From: Magnetococcales bacterium
GTDB lineage: Bacteria > Pseudomonadota > Magnetococcia > Magnetococcales > Magnetaquicoccaceae
Assembly (NCBI GenBank): GCA_015234115.1
Contig: JADFWP010000004.1
Span: 16,648 to 80,647 of the forward strand
Reading direction: 5' to 3'
DNA length: 64,000 bases
Shown here: positions 35,529 through 45,371 of the stretch, in pieces
Numbering within the stretch: position 1 is the first letter of the stretch
Layout of the letters: each line of letters starts with the position of its first letter
The notes under the pieces: model-generated
Seen by the model: the letters and a program-made list of their open reading frames with translations, nothing else
Databases searched by the model: none
What the model was told of the DNA's origin: nothing
Made by a program: the position numbers and the translations under genes

Positions 35529-36987
35529 TGAAAATTCTGGAAAATCCATAACCTGCATAGATCCACACGCTCCCATGGTGGTTGTGGTGGACGACGAAGC
35601 CGACATTCTGTTGGGCTTGCGGCTGCTGTTGAGCAACCATGGACTGGGCCCGGTCAGAAGCTTGAGCGACAGTCGCGAGGTCATGCCGTTTCTGGATGAT
35701 TCCTGTGTCGCGGTACTGCTTCTGGACATGCGCATGCCCCATTTATCGGGGTTGGAGCTGCTGCTTCAAGTCAAAGCGCGCCATCCACACATTCCGGTGA
35801 TCATGGTGACGGCGCTCCAGGATGTAGACACCGCTGTGGAGTGCATGAAAAATGGCGCGGCGGATTACCTCATCAAACCTGTGGAGGTGGAGCGTCTGAT
35901 TGCCGCCGTGCGCAAAGCCAAGGAGGTGGTGGGGCTGCGTCGCCATGCCGATACTCTGAAGGATTATCTGCTGGGTGGAGCGCTGCGATGTCCGGAGGCT
36001 TTTGCGGGCATCGTGACCCGCAATCAGAAAATGAACAGTCTTTTCAAATATATGGAGTCCGCTTCCCGCACCGGGGAACCGCTCCTGATCCATGGGGAAA
36101 CCGGAACCGGCAAAGAGTTGTTTGCCCAGGCGTTCCACATGCTGCGTAAAGCTTCCGGCCCGCTGGTGCCCGTCAATGTGGCGGGACTGGATGATCATAT
36201 GTTTGCCGACACCCTGTTCGGCCATACCAAGGGGGCCTTCACCGGGGCGCAGACCATGCGCGAGGGGTTGGTGACCAAGGCCGCCCGGGGTACGCTGTTT
36301 CTGGACGAAATCGGGGATCTCTCCGAGTCCAGCCAGCTCAAGCTGTTGCGACTGTTGCAAGAGAAGAAATTCGAACCCCTGGGGTCTGATGCCTCCAAGA
36401 ATTCGGACGTGACCATTGTCGCGGCCACCAACCGGGATTTGAGACAGAGAATTCACGCAGGAAAATTCCGGGCCGATCTCTATTACCGGTTGGCAACTCA
36501 TGCGATCACGGTTCCACCCTTGCGGGAACGAAAAGAGGATATCCCGCTGTTGCTGGACAAATTCATCGTCGATGTCGCTGCGGCCATCCAGTTGCCGCAC
36601 CTGCCAACCGTGGCCCCACAACTGGTCGCTTTGTTGGAATGTTATGATTTTCCAGGCAATGTCCGCGAACTGCGCTCCATGGTGATGGATGCGGTGGCCC
36701 ACCATACAAAAGGCACGCTTTCCATGGAGAGCTTCCGGAATGTCGTGGGCAACCAGGCGGATTCCATCAAAGAGTTGCCGACGGAAAATCTGACCACCAA
36801 TGCGCCTTTCTATTGGCCCCAGGGAAGAAGAGCGCCGACCCTCAAAGAAGCGGAGGAGTATCTGATCACCTGTGCGATGCAAAAAAGCCGTGGTAATCAG
36901 GGGGTTGCTGCGGCCATGCTCGGTTTGACCCGGCAGGCACTCAATCAACGCCTCACCCGCCGTGGGATTCGGTCTGGCAACAGTTGA
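35503..36987 (+). CDS. NtrC-family sigma54-dependent response regulator
   Basis: REC domain; GETGTGKEL, GAFTGA, LFLDEIG, FPGNVREL; Fis-type HTH. Confidence 0.95.
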   Translation: MNPSMNLSDENSGKSITCIDPHAPMVVVVDDEADILLGLRLLLSNHGLGPVRSLSDSREVMPFLDDSCVAVLLLDMRMPHLSGLELLLQVKARHPHIPVIMVTALQDVDTAVECMKNGAADYLIKPVEVERLIAAVRKAKEVVGLRRHADTLKDYLLGGALRCPEAFAGIVTRNQKMNSLFKYMESASRTGEPLLIHGETGTGKELFAQAFHMLRKASGPLVPVNVAGLDDHMFADTLFGHTKGAFTGAQTMREGLVTKAARGTLFLDEIGDLSESSQLKLLRLLQEKKFEPLGSDASKNSDVTIVAATNRDLRQRIHAGKFRADLYYRLATHAITVPPLRERKEDIPLLLDKFIVDVAAAIQLPHLPTVAPQLVALLECYDFPGNVRELRSMVMDAVAHHTKGTLSMESFRNVVGNQADSIKELPTENLTTNAPFYWPQGRRAPTLKEAEEYLITCAMQKSRGNQGVAAAMLGLTRQALNQRLTRRGIRSGNS

Positions 36988-37472
36988 TGCGGCTTTCCCG
37001 CTCCTGCAAGGTATGTTGCAGGCATCACATCTCTTGCATGCATTCTTTCCTGATTGATTTATCTGTATTTCTTACCTCAGTACCGCAAGACTGCCACGCA
37101 CGTTGCAGCCCATCATCCTGACGTGTCCCAGAGACAATCTCCACTGCCAACAGAATTGCAATCCGGATGAAATTTCTTGCGCAACTCGTTGCGGTGATGA
37201 AGGGGGATCGTCTAAATTTCTTTAAATTTGGCAACAACCGATGAAATCCCATGATTTGATCCGGTTGGTCCGCTCTGACCTGGAATGGTCTCTTTTCGTG
37301 TTGTCATCTTGATCATGACACCGACTTCCAACAATAGCAGGCGCGTCGCATCGCTTGTACAATGATACAAAACCATCCAAGAGATGTGGCATGGTTTGTG
37401 TAATATGCGTTAATGTCTGTCTGGAGATATCGCCATATAAATGATAATCATGATCAAATACGGGAGAAGAAA

Positions 37473-37673
37473 ATGATCACCTGTGAAGAAAGAAACGTTC
37501 TGAAACTGCTTGAAGGATTGGAAATTGCGAATGTGGTATTGAAAGAAAGGGATGCCCCGACCTGCTTTCGCAGTCTGGAATTCCACTTCGGCAACGGAAC
37601 CTATCTGGAAATTTATGAATCCGGTGGTGGCATGCGGGTCGCGGGGATTCGCAACGAACAGACCTCCGCATGA
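37473..37673 (+). CDS. Small hypothetical protein (66 aa)
   Basis: GGAGAAG RBS before ATG 37473; MITCEERNVLKLLEGLEIANVVL... Confidence 0.55.
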   Translation: MITCEERNVLKLLEGLEIANVVLKERDAPTCFRSLEFHFGNGTYLEIYESGGGMRVAGIRNEQTSA

Positions 37674-37791
37674 TCGGTGTGGATTGTGATCCAGAGGTCA
37701 TGTACGGTATCTTGGTGATCGTTCAACCTTCAAAAATTCTGGATCCTTTTTCCACGATTAACGATTATTATGTTGGGGGGATAGATAGGTA

Positions 37792-40700
37792 ATGTTAGCG
37801 ATTAATTTTTCTGACGGAAAGAAACGATTACTCCTTCTTCTCACAATAATGGTAATCGCGGTTTTCGCAAGCACGAGCAGTACATTATATGTGCTGTACC
37901 AGCATCTTGTGGACAGCGAACAGATGCGCCTCAGTGCCATGGCCTCAAGTCAGGTGCGCTTTATCAATACGCTGTATGAGGCGACATTGCTTGATCCGAC
38001 AGTTCCAAAAAGTAGTGACAAGGATAAAATCGTTGCCCTGTTGACCAATGCCTATCAGGATTGGTACAAGGGATTGGGCAATACCGGAGAAATTCTTTTT
38101 GCGCACCGCCAGGAAAAGCAGATCGAATTCCTTTTTCGGCAACGTTATGTTGATAATACGACAAAATTCCCGAAAAATATTCCCTGGCAGGATGGAGATG
38201 CCGCCATTCCCATGCGGCGCGCCTTGGAGAAAAAATCCGGGGTGGTGATTGGTCCGGATTACCGGGGGGTGGAGGTGCTGGCCGCCTACGAATACATCGA
38301 TCCCCTGGATCTTGGTATGGTGATCAAAATCGATATGGCCGAATTGCGCGCTCCGGTCACGGAGGCAATCGCCAAAACGATACTCCTGACACTCCTGCTG
38401 TTGGGTGTGGGCGGAACGGTTTTCATTCGGATCGGGGATGTGGTCATCCGCCGTCTGCATGAGAGCCGGTTGACGTTGAAGACCATGTTTGAAGCAGCCA
38501 GTGAAGGAATCGTTCTTTTGGACCCTGGTGCCGGTTCCCTGCACATGGCCAATACGCGCTTCTGCCAGATGCTGGGCTACAAACAGGAGGAAATTGAAGG
38601 GATCACACTCCGCGACATCAACGCGGATGAGTCGCTGTTGAGCGGCCTCGATGCCTGCAAAGATCAAAAGGAGGTCCATTCCCTGAACAGGAATGACATC
38701 GTGCTGCTGTGCCGGGACGGGAACACGTTGTATGTTGATGTCACCCTTTCCAGCATGGTATTGCATGGGCAGACACATTTTTTGCTCATGTTGCGGGATG
38801 CCACCGAACGACGTAAAATTTTATCCGCCAGATTTATCAACGAAGAGCGGATGCAGCGGATGATGGAGATCAATCGTTGCGCCATGGATCTCGGCATGCA
38901 GGAGTTGTGCGACCGCTCTCTGGCAGTCGCCGAGAGCATCACCGGAAGCCGGATCGGTTTTCTGCACTTGCTGAATGATGAGCTTGACTCTTTATCATTG
39001 ATCTCCTGGAGCGATCATGTCAGCCAGAGCTGCAATCTCCAACAGACCTCCCATTCCTGTCTGGATCGAACCGGAGTGTGGGCAGATGTTGTCCGGCAGT
39101 TGCAACCGGTGGTGTGCAACGATTACCAGAAACTGGAATCACGGCGCGGCATGCCGGAAGGGCATGTACCCATCACCCGTTTTTTGAGCGTGCCGGTGTT
39201 GAGCCGGAATACGGTCAAAATGGTTCTGGTCGTCGGAAACAAGCAGGAACCTTATACGGAAGACGATGTTCGGCAGTTGCAGCTCGTAGGCGACGATGTG
39301 ATGAACCTGATCACGCGCAAACGTCTGGAAGAGACGTTGCGCCAGAGCAAGGAACAGGCGGAAGCGGCCAGTCACGCCAAGGCATCCTTTCTGGCCTCCA
39401 TGAGCCATGAAATCCGCACCCCCATGAATGGCGTGTTGGGCATGGCCGATCTGATCCTGCGGACCTCCCTGACAGAACAACAACGCCATTATGTCAATAC
39501 GATTCACCGTTCCGGGCGCACACTGCTGCGCATCATCAACGACATTCTGGATCTGTCGAAAATTCAAGCCGGTCGGCTGGTGCTGGAACTGTTCCGGTTC
39601 GATCTGGATGAACTGATCCAGGATGTGCGCAGCATGTTTACCAGTCAGGCCCATGGCAAGGGGTTGACGTTTGTCTGCAAAATTGCCGAAGGTGTGCCGG
39701 TTCATTTGTTGGGCGATCCGTATCGCCTCAATCAGGTGCTTTTCAATCTGATGGGCAATGCCATCAAGTTTACCGAGAATGGGTCGGTCACGCTGGGGGT
39801 GGAGGTTCTGGAAGAACGGGCGGCAGATGTTCTGTTGCGTTTTCAGGTGATCGATACCGGGATCGGTATTGCGCCCGAATATCTGCCGAATCTGTTTCAG
39901 CCTTTTTCCCAGGCCGACTCTTCTATTGCGCGCAAATTTGGCGGGTCTGGGCTGGGATTGGCCATTACCCGGCAATTGGTACTGGTCATGGATGGAGAAT
40001 TGTGGGTGGAAAGCCATCCCGGTCATGGCGCAAAATTCAGTTTTACGGTTCGTTTCGGCAAACAGCAGCCTGGAGATCGCAAAGTACTGGCTGACTGGGA
40101 AGAGAATCAACACCCCTGCCAACTGGAAGATACCCGGTTTGACGGACACATTCTGCTGGTGGAGGATAATCTGATCAATCAAGAGGTTGCGGAAGCCACT
40201 CTGGGGTTGTTCGGTCTGAGGGTGACGGTTGCGCGCAATGGTCAACAGGCGCTGATCACGATTCAGAATGCGGCCACACCGTTCGATGCCATTTTCATGG
40301 ATTGCGAAATGCCCATTCTGGACGGATTTGAAACCACCCGACAGGTGCGCGCCTGGGAAAAGCAGCACGGTCTGCCCCGCATCCCCATCATTGCCTTGAC
40401 CGCCCATGTCTTGAAAGAGAGCCGACGGTTGAGCCGCGAGGCGGGCATGGATGATTATCTGCATAAGCCCTTCAGTCAGATGGATCTGATCAAGGTGCTG
40501 CATCGCTGGTTGCCTGCAAACAGCGGATCTGGCCATGAAATGCACACCGATCCTCAATACAAGAGAGCTGTTCGACTGGAGGATCGAAAAATCATTCTTC
40601 CAGCCGAATCCGCTCCTGCCTCTTCGCCTGTGTCATCGCCTCTGATCGAGACCGGGGTGCCGACTTTTCCCGTTCTGGATCCCGCAGCCCTGGATCAAAT

Positions 40701-41022
40701 CGTGATTCTGGCCCAGAATAGCCGCTCGGATCTTTTGGGAAGAATGGTGGAACATTATTGTGTCCAGACGCCTGCGTTGTTGGCTGAACTGAAACAGGCT
40801 CTGGCGCAACAGGATTCCGAAGGGGTGCGCATGGCAGCGCACACGTTGAAATCCTCCAGTCTCACCATGGGGGCTGCGCGCCTGGCTGAACTGGGTCGCA
40901 TCCTGGAGTGCCATCATGCCGATTTCATTCTGGTTGAGACGTATTTGCAATCAGGCGGTCCGGAATTCGAGGAGGTCAAACAGGCGATGCACGGTTTTCT
41001 TCTGGAAAAAGCAAAAAATTGA
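37792..41022 (+). CDS. Membrane hybrid histidine kinase (Cache-like, PAS, GAF, HisKA, HATPase, REC, Hpt)
   Basis: Two TM segments, [50 protein letters not shown]. Confidence 0.92.
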   Translation: MLAINFSDGKKRLLLLLTIMVIAVFASTSSTLYVLYQHLVDSEQMRLSAMASSQVRFINTLYEATLLDPTVPKSSDKDKIVALLTNAYQDWYKGLGNTGEILFAHRQEKQIEFLFRQRYVDNTTKFPKNIPWQDGDAAIPMRRALEKKSGVVIGPDYRGVEVLAAYEYIDPLDLGMVIKIDMAELRAPVTEAIAKTILLTLLLLGVGGTVFIRIGDVVIRRLHESRLTLKTMFEAASEGIVLLDPGAGSLHMANTRFCQMLGYKQEEIEGITLRDINADESLLSGLDACKDQKEVHSLNRNDIVLLCRDGNTLYVDVTLSSMVLHGQTHFLLMLRDATERRKILSARFINEERMQRMMEINRCAMDLGMQELCDRSLAVAESITGSRIGFLHLLNDELDSLSLISWSDHVSQSCNLQQTSHSCLDRTGVWADVVRQLQPVVCNDYQKLESRRGMPEGHVPITRFLSVPVLSRNTVKMVLVVGNKQEPYTEDDVRQLQLVGDDVMNLITRKRLEETLRQSKEQAEAASHAKASFLASMSHEIRTPMNGVLGMADLILRTSLTEQQRHYVNTIHRSGRTLLRIINDILDLSKIQAGRLVLELFRFDLDELIQDVRSMFTSQAHGKGLTFVCKIAEGVPVHLLGDPYRLNQVLFNLMGNAIKFTENGSVTLGVEVLEERAADVLLRFQVIDTGIGIAPEYLPNLFQPFSQADSSIARKFGGSGLGLAITRQLVLVMDGELWVESHPGHGAKFSFTVRFGKQQPGDRKVLADWEENQHPCQLEDTRFDGHILLVEDNLINQEVAEATLGLFGLRVTVARNGQQALITIQNAATPFDAIFMDCEMPILDGFETTRQVRAWEKQHGLPRIPIIALTAHVLKESRRLSREAGMDDYLHKPFSQMDLIKVLHRWLPANSGSGHEMHTDPQYKRAVRLEDRKIILPAESAPASSPVSSPLIETGVPTFPVLDPAALDQIVILAQNSRSDLLGRMVEHYCVQTPALLAELKQALAQQDSEGVRMAAHTLKSSSLTMGAARLAELGRILECHHADFILVETYLQSGGPEFEEVKQAMHGFLLEKAKN

Positions 41023-44000
41023 ATGAAACGGATGCAATAATGAGAAAGACACATGAAGACAATGCCGTGGTATTGGGTCTGATGCCTCCCCTGACCGGTC
41101 TGGTAAGCATTTACGGTACGGAAATCATGCTGGCCGCGCAGGTGGCCGTCATGGAGGTGAACGCAACCGGGGGGGTGCTGGGCAGACCGTTGCGTCTGGC
41201 AATCGAAGATGATGGCAGCCTGCCCCACAGCGCGGTCATGGCTGCCGAAAAATTGATCGAACACCATGGCTGCACCGCCATGATCGGCACTCTTTTATCC
41301 AATTCACGCATTGCGGTGGCCTACCGGGTGGCCGAACCCCGAAAAGTGCCTTTGCTGAATTTTTCATTCTATGAGGGAAGCATTCTCAGCCGCTATTTTT
41401 TCCATTTTGCAGCGTTGCCCAACCAGCAGATTGGCAAGATGATCCCGTACATGAGGAAAAAATACGGTCCGAAAATGTTTTTCGCGGGCAACAACTACGA
41501 GTGGCCGCGAGGCTCGATCGATGCGGCAAAAGAGGCCTTGCTGCTGGCCGGGGGGGAGGTGGCGGGCGAAGAGTATCTGCCCATTGGCGTGACGTTGGAG
41601 AAGGTTGACGCTCTGTTGCAGCAGGTGGCCGAATCGAAAGCCGAGGTGTTGGTTCCCTATTTCGCCGGAGCCGATCAACTCATGCTGCTGACCCGGTTTG
41701 CAGCGCTTGGTCTCAAGCAACGGATGGCCGTGGTCATGGGACATTTCGATGAGATCATGGCCAGCCATTTGCCTCCGGAAGTGCGCGAGGGCTGTTACTC
41801 AAGCAATACCTATTTCATGTCGGTTGACACGGAAGAGAATCGGCTCTTTCTCGACCGGCTGGCCGCCATGCCGGGGATCACCGGATTGTGGCCTCATGGG
41901 AACGGCATCCTCACCAATTTTGGCGAAGGTGCCTATTTGTGCGTCAAGGCTTTTGCCCAGGCAGCCAACCACGCAGGCACACTGGAGACCGAGGCTCTGA
42001 TTGATTCCCTGGAGAGCCTGTCTGTCACCGGACCCCAGGGGAGCATCCATATGGACCCGATCACGCATCATGCCAAGGTGAACACTTTTTTATCTCGTTG
42101 TCATGCCGACGGCCAATTTGAAATCATCGCGAATTTTGGCATCATGGATCCGGTCATGCCCGAACGCTACAACCATTTGCGGATCGATGCGCGGGCGGCA
42201 CGGGAAGAGGATATCCGACTTCAAGCGCGCATGTTGGAATACATGACAGAAGGGGTGTGTCTCGTGCGCGCTCCGGATGGTATGATTATTTATACAAATC
42301 GCGGATTTGAAAAAATTTTCGGTTATGAGCGGGGAGAAATCATCGGTCAACCCATCGCGATCACTCACGCGGGCACCGACCAGGCCATTGATCGGATCGT
42401 TCAGGAAATCACGACGCATCTCTATCGCAAAGGCGTCTGGGAGGGAGAAGTCCAGAACATCAAAAAAGATGGAACGCCTTTTTGGGGGCATATTTCCATC
42501 ACCACCTTGACGCACGCCGAATTTGGTGAAGTGTGGATGGGCATTTATCAGGACATCTCCGTCCGCAAACAGGCCGAAGAGGAGTTGTGCCAGTATCGGG
42601 ACAACCTGGAAGAGATCGTGCGGGTCAGGACCGAAGAGTTGGAAAAGGCACGAGACGCCGCCGAGTCGGGTGCCCGCGCCAAGGAGACCTTCCTGGTCAA
42701 CATGAGCCACGAAATCCGCACGCCCATGAATGGGGTGCTGGGCATGGCCGAGTTGATCCTGCAAACCTCCCTCACGGAACAGCAGCGCCATTATGTCCAA
42801 ACCATCCGACGTTCCGGACGCACCCTGCTGAGGATCATCAACGACATCCTGGACTTTGCCAAAATCCAGGATGGCCGGTTGTTTCTGGAGGTGCTGCGCT
42901 TTGATCTCGACGTGGTGATCCGGGATGTCTGCGACATCTTTTCGCAAGAGGCTATGCGAAAAGATCTTAAATTTCACTTCAATCGGTCTTATGAGGGAAA
43001 GAATCACCTATTGGGGGATCCTTATCGACTCAGTCAGATTCTGTTCAATTTGTTGGGCAATGCGATCAAGTTTACCGATCAGGGGTCGGTCGGTTTGATG
43101 ATGGAAATCTCCGAGGAGCGCGAGGCGGATATCGTGCTGCGTTTTTGCGTGACGGATACGGGAATCGGCATCTCTGCCGATTATCAAAGCCAGATGTTTC
43201 AAAACTTCTCACAGGAAGATCCTTCGGTGGCGCGCCGGTTTGGGGGAACCGGGCTTGGTCTTGCCATCACCCGACAACTGGTGTCGCTTCTCCATGGCGA
43301 TTTGTGGATGGAGAGCAAACCCGGACACGGATCGACGTTCTGGTTTACAGCCCGTTTTGGCAAGCAACAACAGGGGGATATCCAGGAAATTGCGAATTGG
43401 AACCGGAATCAGCTGGCGGTCTCACCGGAAAACAGGCAATTCACGGGGCGGGTTCTGCTGGTGGAGGATCATCCTGTCAATCAGGAAGTGGCGCTGGCGA
43501 CTCTGGAGCTGTTTGGATGCCAGGTCACGGTCGCGATCAATGGAGAACAGGCGCTGACTTTGGTGCGTGAGACGGTTCCGACTTTCGATATCATTTTCAT
43601 GGATTGCGAGATGCCGATTCTGGATGGTTTTGAGACAACCAGACGCCTGCGTCAATGGGAGATGCAGACCGGCAACGCACCGATTCCCATCATCGCTCTG
43701 ACTGCTCATGTTTTGCAGGAGAGCCGACAACAATGCAAAGCAGCCGGCATGAACGATTATCTGCATAAGCCATTCAGTCAGGCGGATCTGGGCGCTGTAT
43801 TGCAACGGTGGCTGCCCCACGATCCAAATAACGCGACAACCGGAGATACGGTTTCCGGTCCACAGCGCATCACCTCCCATGACGTGGCCCAACCGGAAGC
43901 CGTCACCAGCAAGCCGGAGGAACCGGCAGTCGAGATTTTGGATCCGATTGTCCTGGGGCGCATTCTGGATCTGGCCCAGAAGAGTGGCACCGGATTGCTG

Positions 44001-44273
44001 GGCAAAATGGTGGAACACTATCTGGCGCGCACCCCGGAACTGCTGGCCACCCTGCAACAGGCCATCGAACGGGAGGATACCGAAGGGGTGCGCGTTGCGG
44101 CACATACCTTGAAATCCTCCAGTCTGACCATGGGAGCTGCCCGTCTGGCCGAATTGGGACGGATCATGGAGCTTGAGCATGCGGATTCCGCTTTGGTGCG
44201 CCAATATTTTCAACAGAGTGACGCCCTGTTTGCCGAGGTCAGACAGGCGCTGATGGCATTGTATTCCGCATAG
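41019..44273 (+). CDS. Hybrid histidine kinase with N-terminal AmiC/UrtA-type ligand-binding domain (no signal peptide), PAS, REC, Hpt
   Basis: LGLMPPLTG...EVNATGGVLGRPL...FYEG...LPNQQ...GNNYEWPR; [10 protein letters not shown]; AAHTLKSSS. Confidence 0.92.
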   Translation: MNETDAIMRKTHEDNAVVLGLMPPLTGLVSIYGTEIMLAAQVAVMEVNATGGVLGRPLRLAIEDDGSLPHSAVMAAEKLIEHHGCTAMIGTLLSNSRIAVAYRVAEPRKVPLLNFSFYEGSILSRYFFHFAALPNQQIGKMIPYMRKKYGPKMFFAGNNYEWPRGSIDAAKEALLLAGGEVAGEEYLPIGVTLEKVDALLQQVAESKAEVLVPYFAGADQLMLLTRFAALGLKQRMAVVMGHFDEIMASHLPPEVREGCYSSNTYFMSVDTEENRLFLDRLAAMPGITGLWPHGNGILTNFGEGAYLCVKAFAQAANHAGTLETEALIDSLESLSVTGPQGSIHMDPITHHAKVNTFLSRCHADGQFEIIANFGIMDPVMPERYNHLRIDARAAREEDIRLQARMLEYMTEGVCLVRAPDGMIIYTNRGFEKIFGYERGEIIGQPIAITHAGTDQAIDRIVQEITTHLYRKGVWEGEVQNIKKDGTPFWGHISITTLTHAEFGEVWMGIYQDISVRKQAEEELCQYRDNLEEIVRVRTEELEKARDAAESGARAKETFLVNMSHEIRTPMNGVLGMAELILQTSLTEQQRHYVQTIRRSGRTLLRIINDILDFAKIQDGRLFLEVLRFDLDVVIRDVCDIFSQEAMRKDLKFHFNRSYEGKNHLLGDPYRLSQILFNLLGNAIKFTDQGSVGLMMEISEEREADIVLRFCVTDTGIGISADYQSQMFQNFSQEDPSVARRFGGTGLGLAITRQLVSLLHGDLWMESKPGHGSTFWFTARFGKQQQGDIQEIANWNRNQLAVSPENRQFTGRVLLVEDHPVNQEVALATLELFGCQVTVAINGEQALTLVRETVPTFDIIFMDCEMPILDGFETTRRLRQWEMQTGNAPIPIIALTAHVLQESRQQCKAAGMNDYLHKPFSQADLGAVLQRWLPHDPNNATTGDTVSGPQRITSHDVAQPEAVTSKPEEPAVEILDPIVLGRILDLAQKSGTGLLGKMVEHYLARTPELLATLQQAIEREDTEGVRVAAHTLKSSSLTMGAARLAELGRIMELEHADSALVRQYFQQSDALFAEVRQALMALYSA

Positions 44274-44292
44274 CCGCTGGGAGATTTTCAGA

Positions 44293-45363
44293 ATGGAACT
44301 GACCGATGAACTTCAACATCCTCTGGTATTGATCGTGGATGACGAATTCCTGCAACGCCTTCCCATGCGAGCAGCACTGGAACAGGGGGGCTTTCGCGTG
44401 GTCGAGGCCGAGGATGGGTTGCATGCCTGGCAGCTCGTGCAGCAGGAACTGCCCGATGTGGTGATCACCGATGTGGTGATGCCCAAGATGGATGGATTCG
44501 TATTGTGCGAGACCATCCGTCGCCAGGAAAAATTGCGACACCTGCCCATTGTGCTGGCCACCTCTCTGGATGATGTGATCTCCATTGAGCGTGCCTATCA
44601 GACGGGAGCCACGGATTTCATCACCAAGCCGATCAACTGGGGGTTGCTGGGGCATCGGATGCGATACATCCTGCGCGCCGCGCGCACTGCCCAGGCCCTG
44701 GCAGAACGCGAGCTGGAACTGCTGCGCACCCGGCTGGAGATCATTCGTCGGCTGGGACAGGCGGCGGAATACCGGGATAACGAAACCGGAAAACATATCC
44801 AACGCATGAGCCACTATTCCGCCTTGATCGGACGGGCCTTCGGTCTGAATACGCACGACCAGGAACTGCTGCTGCAAGCCTCCCCCATGCATGATGTCGG
44901 CAAAATCGGCATTCCCGACAGCATTCTGCTCAAACCGGGAAAACTGACCGGTGCGGAATTCACGGTCATGAAGACCCATACCCTGCTTGGCGGACAATTG
45001 TTGGATGCAGAACCGTCACTGCTGTTGCGCACAGCACATATCATTGCTCTGTCCCATCATGAACGATGGGATGGCAGCGGTTACCCGAATGGTCTGAAAG
45101 AAACGGAAATTCCTCTGATGGGTCGAATTTGCAGTCTGGCGGATGTCTTTGATGCCTTGACCTCCAAACGCCCCTACAAGCAACCCTGGAGTGTCGAAAG
45201 AGCGGTCGATGAAATTAAAAGATGTTCAGGAACCGCGTTTGATCCAAACCTGGTACGGATCTTCTGCGCAAGCCTGCCGGAAATCCTGGAAATCAAGGCA
45301 ACTTTCCCCGATCCGGATTCGTCCGATACGGATCTTTTATCAATCTCCATGTTAGCCAGGTAA
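44293..45363 (+). CDS. REC-HD-GYP c-di-GMP phosphodiesterase (RpfG-like)
   Basis: EYRDNETGKHIQR, MHDVGKIG, HHERWDGSGYP, DVFDALTSKRPYK. Confidence 0.94.
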   Translation: MELTDELQHPLVLIVDDEFLQRLPMRAALEQGGFRVVEAEDGLHAWQLVQQELPDVVITDVVMPKMDGFVLCETIRRQEKLRHLPIVLATSLDDVISIERAYQTGATDFITKPINWGLLGHRMRYILRAARTAQALAERELELLRTRLEIIRRLGQAAEYRDNETGKHIQRMSHYSALIGRAFGLNTHDQELLLQASPMHDVGKIGIPDSILLKPGKLTGAEFTVMKTHTLLGGQLLDAEPSLLLRTAHIIALSHHERWDGSGYPNGLKETEIPLMGRICSLADVFDALTSKRPYKQPWSVERAVDEIKRCSGTAFDPNLVRIFCASLPEILEIKATFPDPDSSDTDLLSISMLAR

Positions 45364-45371
45364 TTTGCACC

